DNA of 35,586 nt from positions 1 to 35,586 of the forward strand of contig CAJVPI010000318.1 in NCBI GenBank assembly GCA_910592345.1. Direction: 5' to 3'. The position numbers were made by a program, and so were the translations under genes. Positions 24,890 to 35,586 of the stretch are shown here, piece after piece (the stretch's first letter is position 1; each line of letters starts with the position of its first letter). The stretch is from Paraglomus brasilianum (lineage: Eukaryota). The notes below the pieces were generated by a model. It worked only from the letters and a program-made list of their open reading frames with translations. It was not told the DNA's origin and searched no databases.

Positions 24890-26447
24890 TGTATCACATG
24901 ATCTGGTGACTAAACAGACCAAAAAACCCTGTCTCTTTTTTTGGATGCATATTCCATAACCGGCATATTGTAGTACTCAAAAACGGAAACCTTGAGTCCA
25001 AATAATTTTGCCAGGTAGTTATCAAAATTACCGAATCGCTTTGACATTTTCGAATAAAGTTTGCCAATTCATTGAAGATAATAGTCGAATTTTCCAACTG
25101 CTTCGAGGAATTTTCTGCCCCCAAAGATAAGTCACATTTGTAAAGTTTATTGTCAACCATATTGTAACAGTTTATTTATAAGCATTATTTCGAATACAAA
25201 ATCTTATAATCTTAATCGCATGGATAAACCTCTTCCAATAATATTAGAACATCTCCGACAAGCTTGTCTGTCAATTTGAAGCCAACCCGTCTGTAAATCG
25301 CTTAATTTTTTGACAACTTGTTCTAATCCAGATAAAGCCTATTCGTCAACCTCGTATAACGATGTTATTTACATCGTTCACTACTTCATGATATCTGTTT
25401 TGCCAAAGAGACTAACCAATTCAAGGCAGAACTGAATAGGCCATGCGATAATATTCAAGTCCAAGTCGTTCGGAAGCATCAACAGCGTGTAAATATGAGT
25501 TTCTGACCCTTAGTCTAAGAGAAAATGGTGTGCACTTTTAGCGTTTAATCGTAGGTGCAACTAATAAAGGAACGCAAAACTCCTAAAAGAAAATGGTGCG
25601 AATTTATACGTCCTAACTATTAGAAAATATTTACAGTAATTAATCATACACCCACACCCATACGCACACCTGAATCTAGCTGAAATCTACGCTTATATTT
25701 TTCGGAAGATACTAATGTTCTATTATTAGCAACGCTTAATAATATTATTATGCCGTCTTGCAGACTTGCTGTTGCTGGCGTCGTAATCAGTGCACGCGGC
25801 TGTGTTAATATTTTAGTCGATTAACGTTTTGATATCGCCTATATTTTTTGTAATTCGAATATCGATTGTCTGGTTACTAATGGTCCACCTGAGAGATAAA
25901 AGAATAGATCCATGTCATTTCCACGCACGGGGATATTGTCTCCACCAAACCGGTCATGACCTCTTTGAGAATTCGAAAATAAACATCGAGGGAAGGCTGC
26001 TTGCCCACGGAATGCAGGTTTTGTTTTGAATCGATATTTTCAATTGAGATCGATAAGCCTACTGTCATACTTGCCAAACCCGAACTATCGACTGATGTGC
26101 GCCTTTTGCACAAATAGACATTCGATTACATCTAAAGGGTTCGCCCATTCTTACTGCGTGAAATAATGCATGGGTTCTCCCATGTCTGCCGATCAGCCAC
26201 TTGAAGGTGAATTTACGATATTGTTCCCCTCACATGAACATTTGGGAGGATTTCTCAGGCGGAGAATTTAAACTCTGACGCTAAATTATTAGACACATGC
26301 ATGGAGGAACTATCGCAGGCATCGGTCTAAGGCTCGGACGAGGAAGCTGGCTAGTTGATAGGGTGACATCTGAAGATGCTTAGCAGATTTGAACATATTG
26401 ATTATAGAATGTTCATGTTCAAAACTACAGCGCAACTCGTTACCCAT
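24890..26447 (-). pseudogene. Decayed paralog (copy A) of the F-box-like gene at 28323-30379
   Basis: Shares the ATG+1 first exon and intron and the nucleotide blocks encoding HALFHAVRMGEP, RGNDMD.FYFLSGGPLV, GFKLTD.L.GD.LIL and KCQSDSV. Contains many frameshifts, deletions and a 204-bp insertion. The 3' boundary is approximate. Confidence 0.88.
25617..25820. mobile_element. 204-bp insertion of unknown class inside pseudogene A
   Basis: Absent from copy C, whose empty site is ...cgttctaa|ttaacgttttg at ~33100-33118. No target-site duplication. Confidence 0.5.
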
Positions 26448-26799
26448 ACCTGTGAAGTTTCATTCGCCGAAAGCATCGAAGGAATGTTTCTGTAGATACT
26501 GACCGGCTATTTATATGATCCAGGTTGGGTGAGTGACACGATACCTGAACATTGAAACAAAATAATAATAACCAACCAACAAAGGCCACACACTACTAAA
26601 AACGCCATAATAAAGTAATAACGTCGGCCTTCCTTTAATATTCATAACAACAACAGATGAATCTGCTATAACGCCCACTACGCCCAATACATCTAAGCCA
26701 TCGATGACTTGAACCTGCAAAGTTGCAGAATTCAACGAATTTCTCGTGCCGGCACGAGTATTTAGCTAAAAGTTCCGATTGGCGGGTACATTACTATTA

Positions 26800-27878
26800 C
26801 AGGCAAGACCGTTATCGTTACATATTATGGTACACGAGAACCTAATTTAGATCAAGGTAACTCTGGTCACTTTGTGGCTTAACCCCTGGCCGGAATAGGT
26901 GCTAATGCTGGCTCAAAACTCCAATGCAATGCAGATTTATATTTATTGTAGACTACAGATTTTACAGTTCTAAAAATGGAATTTTCGCACGTTCTAGCGG
27001 ATTACCCATCAATGCATCTTCATACTTATTATCAATGCATCAACGTTTTTCTTCTGCAGGTATTTCAAGCATATAGAACATTTGAATTGACACCGTTGCA
27101 GGCAATGGCTATGGTAACCATGCCCGCATGCCATTGCTTACACCTATGTTTGTCATGGTGTTTAATCCCTCGCTACTTGTTCCTGCTGAATCTAGATAGT
27201 ATTCAAGAGCAAACTTAAACGAATTAATCTTTGTATTGTTTTCAATGAAGCAAGTAAATAACAAATAAAACCGTTATTTTCTTCATACGATCCATCGCTT
27301 GTTTGTTACGTTCGAACGGTCGAGTTACTAAATAAAGCTGTGTAAAAAAATCTTTTAAATCAGGTTCACTCCCTTCTAGTAAACTTTGCATTTCGTCAAA
27401 GTGTAAATGGGTCCTTCATTCTTCACACATTCCCTTTCATAAAGAATTTTTGCCATTATCCTGAGTTCGAGTTTGAAGACGGCATGGCTTCCTCTTCCTC
27501 ATCAGTGACCTTTGCTTGCTTAGGACCTCTTCTTCGGGGATTCTCATATAATATGTATTGCATAAAACAACACCTTCTTCCCACGTTACCTTTATTAAAC
27601 TCTGTTTCTCAACTTCTCTCCATTCACTGAGCGGAATCTGGTTGACTTGGTGGTTTGGCATTCTGCACAACATTTATTTTCAGACATTCTAATTAATTAA
27701 ATAGAATATGAAGGCGGTTGGATTCAAGGAATAACGCTTTTCTACTGTGCGAAAGCTTCAAGTTTTCTTAGCAGTCTCAAGCATGCGGGATTGGGCTACG
27801 CAAGTCTTTAAAAAGTACTATAAAACGTATAAAACCCAATTGTGGAACAATTTCCTTATTTGGTGACGGTCTTGCCTG
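26800..27878 (-). mobile_element. Internally deleted TIR DNA transposon with a decayed zinc-finger protein gene
   Basis: TA|CAGGCAAGACCGT...ACGGTCTTGCCTG|TA: 13-bp perfect terminal inverted repeat flanked by TA. Absent at the equivalent position of the duplicated unit (~34350-34380). Frameshifted minus-strand coding remnant inside. Confidence 0.75.
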
Positions 27879-28322
27879 TAATCATACATTGTACAACAAT
27901 CTGCAGGGGTAATGCAAGCTGTCCCTATTAAATCGAGATATTAGTTACCCGGACTAGAACTTTTTGTGCTGCGGCATGAGCCTTGTTATGATTCCGGTAG
28001 AATAGTACAACAGATAAGATGGTGGTATAACAAACTTACAGGTTTTATTTATACCCAAGAGAGTATATTAATATAGTAAAAATGTGTTTGAGGACCAAGT
28101 ATTATCATTAAAAAAAAACTTAAATCGTAAATTCATCTTCTTGGCGCAAATGAACTTTAGTCAACCATATTTCTAAAATTCTTGACAAAATTGTCGTATA
28201 TAACTCTTAACAAATACGTTAATGTAAAGGCATAATATGAAAATAGAGTCTACAGATAAGAGCTTAAAATGTAATGATCGTCAAAAAACCATTTAAAAGT
28301 TATTTCAATTGATTATACCGTT

Positions 28323-30379
28323 TTAACGGAGTTCTGACCACTTCCCGCTCACACGCTTTGACTGTGCGCTGTCAGCATCTTCTTCTTCTTGCATGGACTT
28401 GTCTGTACGTGGCATAAACTTTTGTAGAGATTCTTTAAATTTCCCATTTTCAATTTCTTTGTTCAGTTGCTCGAAAAATTGTTTACGCCATTTTTGATGT
28501 AACTTATCCTTCTCTTTTTTTGCTTCCTTGGTATTAGCCTTTCGCTTTTTTGTCCTTTGCACAACTGGGTCAACTGAACTCAAAACCGGAACACGAACCG
28601 TTCTTTGTGGCTGATAATCGACTTTAACTCCAAACAACTTTGCCAGGTAACCGTCAAACAAACATTTCATTACTGAATCGCTTTGACACTTTTCAAATAG
28701 AGGCAAAAAATTTGCCTTTAAAGGAACTTTTGCTTTGCAATATTCATTGAAGATAGTAATTGAATCTGGCCAGCGAAAACTCGTAAGACCCGATGGCATT
28801 TGTTGAGATAGAACCTCAGTCATTAGGGTAATAGCAATTCTGACGGACGTTACTTCTTTCATTAGATGTTTAGTCGCTTTTGACTGAGCGCCAAATTTGA
28901 CTATTGTATATCGATATACTATTGGCGAGTATTTCAGATACGTAAATGGCTGAAAAATAGACAGGCTCTTGTTTGCAACGATATCCATATTACCCGTACT
29001 AAATTTAGTAAAAGCTTCACGGTAATTAGCTACAGAATGGACAATTTTGTATTTCTTAAAAATTGATAAAATTTCCTCTTCAGGTTTCTCAATTTGGTTG
29101 ACTACAAAATCGAGTAAATCATGTCGCTTGAGATTTCTGTCTGGGTTCAACAGCTCAGTCAAACAGATCGAGATTATTTTTCTTTTAGGCAGGTCGCGAA
29201 TGGCGGCAAACGCATCAATCAGTATTTCTCCTATATCCTTTAATCTATGCTCAAATAAGATTAAAGCGTCTCCAATCAAGGCATCCGTCAGTTTGAATCC
29301 AAGCAATATCAGATCTTTTAGTTCATCAATGACTTGAGCTAAACCTGGTTTAACCCAATCTTCGGAAGTACTTGAGGGATAAAGGATAAGTAACGATCCT
29401 CGCATGACCAGGTCGTTCACATCGTTAACGATCTCATGATACCCGTTTTTCTTCCAGACATTAACTAACTTGGGATATATGAGTATAGCGCGTGCAATAA
29501 CGGTTAGTTGTCTCACGTTCTCATACCCATCAGATGGCGGATGGTCATCAAAATTAGTAGCACGTGACTCTGACTCTGTATTGTTCAGCCCAATATTCCC
29601 GTCACCTTTTTTCTCGAGAATATGTTTTCGGGGTTTCGGTCTCGGAGGGAAAGGGGCAAACTTGTATCTCCGAATCAGAGTTTTGATCTCCTTTTTGTTT
29701 TCCTTCAATTTGGTTCTCGCTTGACTAATAACCAATGGACCAGCAGATAAGTAATAAAAGGACTCCATGTCATTTCCTCGGATGGGAATATCATTTCCGT
29801 CAAACCGATCATGACCCTCTTTGAGAATTCGGGAGTAAACATCAAAGGAAAGATTGCTTGCCCAGGGACTTCGAATTTTATTTTGAATAGATTTTCTCCG
29901 ACCCGGAACAAGCGCCCCCATGTTGTGGGTCAATTTGAGGTCAATAAGTCTACTGTCGCACTTGCCAAATCCGAGCACCAATCGTTGAATAAAGTATCGA
30001 CTGATGTGCGCCTTCTGCGCAAATAAACATTCGACCACATCAAGATTAATAAAAGGCTCACCCATTCTTACTGCGTGAAACAATGCATGGGTTCTTCCGT
30101 GTCTGCCGATCAACCACTTGGATTTTGTTGAAGGTAAATTCACGATATTGTTCCATTCGCGTGAACATCTTGCAAGAGACGTAGGATTTCTCAAGTGGAG
30201 AATAATTGCCACTTTAAGCTCTGGCGCCAGATTATTCAGAGACATACATAGTGGAACTGTCACAAGTTGGATTGGACAATGAAGCTGGTTAGGTGAGATG
30301 GTATCTAAAGACAGATTCGAAAATATTGATTATAGAGTGTTCACGTTCAAAACGACAGCACAACTCGCTACTTACTCAT
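28323..30379 (-). CDS. Uncharacterised protein with an N-terminal F-box-like motif (copy B, intact, ~661 aa)
   Basis: A 4-nt first coding exon (ATGA, 30379-30376), a GTAAGT...TAG intron and a long exon 30304-28323 join in frame. The same intron is conserved in both pseudogene copies. LNNLAPELKVAIILHL...LARCSREWNNIV resembles an F-box. Basic NLS-like stretch RTKKRK near the C-terminus. Confidence 0.82.
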
Positions 30380-30707
30380 ACCCGTATTATCGGGAAAGTT
30401 TTCACTCGCCGAAAGCATTGAATCAATGTAAAGCAATATTTTTCAGTCCAATCTTTGTCGGTCAGTCTTAGAAATAGTATTTTATTCTTATTTACAGCTT
30501 ATGAAATTATTTGAAAGCAAAAGATCATCGGTAAGACAAATAACCTTCATGCATTTTAGAATAAGGCGTATAAATATTTCGTTTGTATCACTGCAGGTTA
30601 GAATTAGGGAAACGACATTAGGTCTTTCGCGCACAGTATGCTCGCTACGAGCATGTGCATATTATAGACATCTGTCGTTATTGCATGATATGACTTTTAT
30701 ACTATTA

Positions 30708-30860
30708 CAGTCAACTGCCGATAATTCGACCACTGGTTACAGAACATTTTTTGACATTTATTATTATTTCTATTGTAATTAACTGACGATAATTCGACTT
30801 GTACGTTAATTCGATCGATAACCTCGGAACGCAAGCGGTCGAATTATAGGCAGTTGACTG
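30708..30860. mobile_element. MITE, Tc1/mariner/pogo type, copy 1 (153 bp)
   Basis: TA|CAGTCAACTGCCGATAATTCGACC...GGTCGAATTATAGGCAGTTGACTG|TA: 24-bp TIR with one mismatch and TA flanks. Confidence 0.9.
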
Positions 30861-31721
30861 TATAAAGACATCAATTTCCTTATTAGTTGTGAATGAAAGA
30901 GTCCCTTTAATGTATTGCTCAATAATAATTTGAAATAACAATTTCCGATTAGTTTGGTTTCAGATTTGGAAAAAAATTGGTGCAATATATCTAACAGTTA
31001 CTATTGGCTTTATTAAGTGTTGAGGCGTGATCAAGTAGATTATTAACAGAAACACATGATATACTAATACGCTTTGACTGGCACGTCTCATAGTTATAGA
31101 CAATCATATCTTACTCATGTTGGTTTCCTCCCTCACAGCATAAAATAGCTTTACTAAGTAAAACGCTTTAAGTACAAGAAGAAGAGCGAAGTATTCATTT
31201 TGTTTTACTACTAATCTATGCACGTGGCTAATAACAGACTCTATTAAGGGAAAGATGTTCTATTTTCAAGAGAAAATCCTTTCGATATGTAAGCGAGTGT
31301 TGCTATCTTGATACTAAACACTTAAATTACAAAATTAATGAATTTTTTTAAATCATTAGTAGATACTTCAACTAATAGTGGATCAATAACGGTAAGTTAC
31401 GAAATTTATGTTAAAGTTAAGCGCATTTGCGATAGTCAGCCACTATCTTGACAGGGACGGGTTTCTTAAACGTATTGCCTAAAGGCAACTGTTTCAGTCC
31501 AAACCGCCATAATAGTAAATAACGTCGGTTATGACCAGTCCTTGAAATGGCTGTCGACGAAATAAACCCCTTAAATACCGTCTTGCAACATTCTGCACCG
31601 GGTGACCAAAAGTATTGGTGATCAATTAGCAAAACATATGAAGTCCTTTTTTCCCCGAACATTTCTGCTGCCCGATATTAGTCACAATAATTTTTATACT
31701 GCTTTGAAGCTAATTGTTGTA

Positions 31722-31906
31722 CGGTCAACTGCCGATAATTCGACCTTCTTGAATTCGATTTATACGTTAATTCGACCGCTGGTTACAAACCATTTTTTGA
31801 CATTTATTATTATTTCTATTGTAATTAACTGACGATAATTCGACTTGTACGTTAATTCGATTGATAACCTCGGAACGCAAGCGGTCGAATTATAGGCAGT
31901 TGACTG
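31722..31906. mobile_element. MITE, same family, copy 2 (185 bp)
   Basis: Near-identical to 30708-30860 with the same TIRs and TA flanks, plus 32 extra internal bp. The flanking DNA is unrelated to that of copy 1. Confidence 0.9.
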
Positions 31907-32610
31907 TATATACATTTTCATGTGTAACATAGATATCGCGACCACTCTTTTATTACATTTTTTTTGCTTCAAACAGATGCGTGATTTACATAGTACGTAT
32001 AGACAATAAAGATTTTTATATGGTTTACTCAAAATCACCAATGCTTTTAGTAGATGGATGGGTGTAGTTATCTGTTCGTTGCTTCTTGCTGAACCCAATC
32101 TTTCGCTTTTTATACTTGCACTTCAATATGAACGACAAAGAATTTATTATAGCTGCTAAGGTGCTAGAAAAACGGCAAGGTAGGCTGTAAACTTCTTAAA
32201 CGAAATTCTTGGTACGTTTGTACACTATACGATGCTTGCAATCTTTTTTGTGCGAAGCCAATCACGTATCAAACTTTGGCATAATCATTCATAAATAAAG
32301 TTTAACCAATACTGCTGAACCGAAGGTTACGTTAACAACGTATTTATTGTTCGAGCAAATATTGGTTAATAATTCATCTTCGTCAATTACTGCTGTGTAC
32401 TTCTGTTGTTAACAGAATCATTCTTTTAGACACCTTATATTCAACGAAAATGGATATTTTAAAAATTACGTTAATATGTAAGGTGTGCATCGTAGTTGAA
32501 ATTGTGGACACTGATAAAACTAGGGTGTATATATTAATAAGAACAGCTGACGAGTTTAATTAAGTAATGTGTCGATCTTAATAAAAGTTTGGTTCAATTT
32601 CTATAAACAA

Positions 32611-32701
32611 TATGTTGTATGTAAATCCCGGATTTACATAACATAAATGCGCTTTTTAGGAACCCAAATGGGATTTACATAGTGACGGGATTTACGTACT
32701 G
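32611..32701. repeat. Palindrome plus repeated GGATTTAC motif, probable MITE remnant
   Basis: TATGTAAATCC-C-GGATTTACATA perfect 11-bp arms at 32618-32640, two more GGGATTTAC copies, ending ...GTACTG|TA. Confidence 0.6.
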
Positions 32702-32799
32702 TATACTACAACAATAAAAGTCATAGAGAATTTTTATTGATGTTTGATAAGTTTGAAAATTGTCAATGTAGTATAAATATCCCCCTTAGGCTTTTTACG

Positions 32800-34020
32800 A
32801 ACTATACCACAAGCTTCAATAAGCATTTCTTTCGCCTATATAGTTTAGCCTGTGTTCCAATATTATTAGAGCATCTCCGACAAGCTTGTCTGTCAATTTG
32901 AAGCCAACTGTCTGTAAATCGCTTAATTTTTTGACAAAGCCCAGTCGTCAAATTCATGCCTAGTATAACAACACCATTTTTCTTCCAGAGACTGACCGAA
33001 ACTGAATAGGCCGTGCGATAATATTCAAGTCTCAAAGTCGTTTGTGTAACTATCGGAACCATGAATATTTGGCCTAGGCGGAAATGGTACGAATTTATAC
33101 GTTCTAATTAACGTTTTGATATCGTCTATATTTTTTTGTAATGAGAATATCGATTGTCTGGTTACTAATGGTCCACCTGAGAGATAAAAGAATAGATCCA
33201 TGTCATTTCCACGCACGGGGATATTGTCTCCACCAGACCCTCTTTGAGAAGTCGAAAATAAACATCAAAGGGAAGGTTGCTTGCCCACAGATTGTAGGTT
33301 TTGTTTTGAATTGATGTTTTCTAAAGCGGATCGATAGTACCCATGGTATGCGTCAATTTGAGGTCGACAAATTTACTGTCATACTTGCCAATTCCGAGCA
33401 CCAGTCTTTAGATAAAGTATCGACTGATGTGCGCCTTCTGCGCAAATAGACATTCGACCACATCGAGATTAATAAAGGTTCGCCCATTCTTACTGCGTGA
33501 AATGATGCATGGGTTCTCCCATCAGCCACTTGGCTTTTGTTGAAGCGATATTGTTCCACTCACATGAACATTTGGCCAGAGATGTAGGATTTCTCAAGCG
33601 GAGAATAATTTCAAATTTTAGCTCTGGCGCTAAATTATTCAGACACATGCATGGAGGAACTATCGCTGGCATCATCGGTATAAGGCTCGGACGAGGAAGC
33701 TGGCCGCTATCCTGGAAGAAAAAAATTTACAAATATTACAGAATGCTTTACAAAAGAAAAAAATAAATGGGGTGGCTATTCCTCATTCTACTAATGACTT
33801 ATATATTGTTAAAATAAAATCTCCGCAAAATAAGAAAAAAGTTATCCCAGTGGTTGATATTGGAGAAAAATTACCTGCCGAAAAGACTTATTTTGACTTG
33901 GCGGATTTAATTTGTGCGGTGGGCTAGTTGATAAGGTGACATCTGAAGACGCTTAACAGATTCGAACATATTGATTATAGAATGTTTATGTTCAAAACTA
34001 CAGCACAATTTGTTACCCAT
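32800..34020 (-). pseudogene. Decayed paralog (copy C) of the F-box-like gene
   Basis: ATG at 34020 with the conserved intron. Fragments CLNNLAPELKFEIILRLRNPTSLAKCSCEWNNI, HASFHAVRMGEP and RGNDMDLFFYLSGGPLV...YKFVPFPPRP fall in different frames. Truncated at the 3' end, with a 220-bp insertion in exon 2. Confidence 0.9.
33705..33924 (+). other. 220-bp foreign AT-rich insertion consisting of one open reading frame fragment
   Basis: Absent from copy A (aagctggc|tagttg at ~26344-26357). GGC occurs at both junctions. 74 codons without a stop on the + strand. Confidence 0.7.
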
Positions 34021-34429
34021 ACTGTAAAGTTTTAATTCGCCGAAAGCATCGAAGGAATGTTTCTGTCGCAGTCTAGATACTGACCGGGCTATTTATATGA
34101 TCAGGTTGGGGGTACGATACCTGAACATTGAAACAAAATAATAATAACCAACCAACAATACTAAAAACGCCTAAAGTAATAACGTCGATCCTCCTAAAAC
34201 AACAGACGAATCTGCTACAACACCCACTACGCCCAGTACATCAAGCCATCGATGACTCAAACCTGCAAAGTCTCTACTATCGATTGTTTCTTGCAGAGCG
34301 CACGATCAAATTTCTTGTGCGCACGAGTATTTAACTAAAAGGTTCCGGATTCAATCTATGCATATAAAAGATGTCAAAATGCAGGGGATTAAGTAATGCA
34401 GCCAATCCGTCGTGTGACTCTATTAAATC

Positions 34430-35218
34430 TGTAAAGTAGACTCATTTCTTTCCCTAAACGGACTAGATATTTTTGTGACTGATTTAGTCAAACACTCTAT
34501 CATGACCATACTTATTTCGCGATAAATATATTTTTCTACAACTAAATACACGTAAAAAAATTTATATTAAAAAATATCCATCATTACTGTCACATATCAA
34601 TCCCATTCAAGCAAAACATCAACACCGTTCGCTGACTTCCTGCGTTAATTGTTCTTGTTCCGCATTTTGCCCTTGCTCCTTCTTTAAACTCACTTTCCCA
34701 CTCCTCGCGGGCTATATTTGAATAATAAATTAGTATCCGGATCTAATCAAGGATCTATTATATTAGGAAACAATACCCCCGTAAACTATGCAATTTTGAA
34801 CGCCAAATTTTGATTTATACCCGGGGTATAAGTTATGGTATTCTTCCTGCATATATCCCCCTGTGACTTGTACCCTCTTCTAATAAAAACTACGAATTAA
34901 AATTTAACACTATAAAATGCACAAACTTTATTTGATAAAAGCTATGATTATTCCCAAATATTATTATCTCAGACTTCTTCGTACTCTTCACCGTCAATAT
35001 TATTGAACTTATTACTTATCATTTTCGCCTGTTACATTCTCAGTTAGCAATACTAATTCAAGACATGAGACACCGGGAGACATAAAAGTTACCTGTAATC
35101 AATCGAATTTTAATGTTAGTTCGAAGTTCTTACTTACTATACAGTATTATCTAATGCGTTAAATCTGGAATCACATTTGATGGAATTTATCGGCAGCCAA
35201 TAGAATTTTAGAAAAACA
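34430..35218. mobile_element. Possible solo LTR (TGT...ACA, 4-bp target-site duplication AATC)
   Basis: The empty site ctattaaatc|gagatat at ~27925-27941 is split here into ctattaAATC|TGTAAAG...AAAAACA|AATCgagatat. Confidence 0.5.
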
Positions 35219-35586
35219 AATCGAGATATCACTACGATGTACCCTACATGAGTACCCTGAATACCCCGGGTACACATGTAGATGAAATACGGTAAATTGC
35301 TTTCTTTAAAGCTTACTGGTTCTCCCCCCTTTTTTCATTACTAATTTATGAAACATTGCAATTTAAGAAGCACATAACCAATACTTGTCTGAGAAACAAC
35401 TGCGGCATGAGCCCTCGGTAGAATAGTACAAACAGAAAAGATGGCGGTAGGTGTGAGTATAGCGAACTTATAGGCTTTATTTATACCCAAGAGAGTATAT
35501 TAATATAAGTATGGTCCGGTGCAAAAAGATAGATACCTCGAAATTGATCGCTATCAAATCGCCTAGTTAAAGCTGTGTGCGACTTT

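Larger units (their letters stand above)
25200..35506. repeat. Imperfect tandem segmental duplication, period ~7.3-7.6 kb
   Basis: Collinear matching blocks: ~25230-25320 vs ~32850-32940, 25821-26350 vs 33108-33704, 26350-26780 vs 33925-34350, ~27900-27940 vs ~34378-34429 plus 35219-35229, and 27969-28075 vs 35400-35506. Confidence 0.85.

Noticed and set aside
25617..25825. Insertion in pseudogene A as a newly gained intron (GTTAAT...TAG on the minus strand)
   Set aside because: Splicing at those sites would remove 5 host nucleotides and the donor is weak.
29047..30026. Plus-strand ORFs overlapping the F-box-like gene
   Set aside because: Antisense shadows of the long minus-strand CDS.
30708..31906. 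RIP or CpG-deamination signature between the MITE copies
   Set aside because: Only about five substitutions, two consistent with CpG decay, which is too few to support a claim.
30501..32098. Short ORFs sharing peptides such as QSTAYNSTACVPRLSIELTYKSNYRQ
   Set aside because: The shared peptides are translations of the two MITE copies, not a gene family.

Overview
Intron-rich, AT-rich fungal genomic DNA. The gene families present (TKL kinase-TPR, a lineage-expanded F-box-like family) suggest Glomeromycota or a related Mucoromycota lineage; this is inference, not a database result. The first ~21 kb is a compact housekeeping block: a partial unknown multi-exon gene, MID1, mitochondrial MetRS with a GC-AG intron, coatomer beta' (SEC27), COP9 subunit CSN3 with an apparent frameshifting C-terminal lesion, verprolin/WIP, and an intronless MBOAT acyltransferase. 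The last ~14.5 kb is accessory. It holds an intact pseudokinase fused to 13 TPRs and three copies of an F-box-like gene (one intact, two pseudogenes) within a ~7.4-kb tandem duplication. Comparing the duplicated units exposes several insertions: a 1.08-kb TA-flanked TIR element carrying a decayed zinc-finger protein gene, a TG...CA solo-LTR-like insert, a 204-bp insert without a target-site duplication, and a 220-bp AT-rich insert that is one uninterrupted reading frame (possible endobacterial DNA). Two copies of a Tc1/mariner/pogo-type MITE are also present. No rRNA, tRNA or CRISPR array was found. All exon calls were made by eye.
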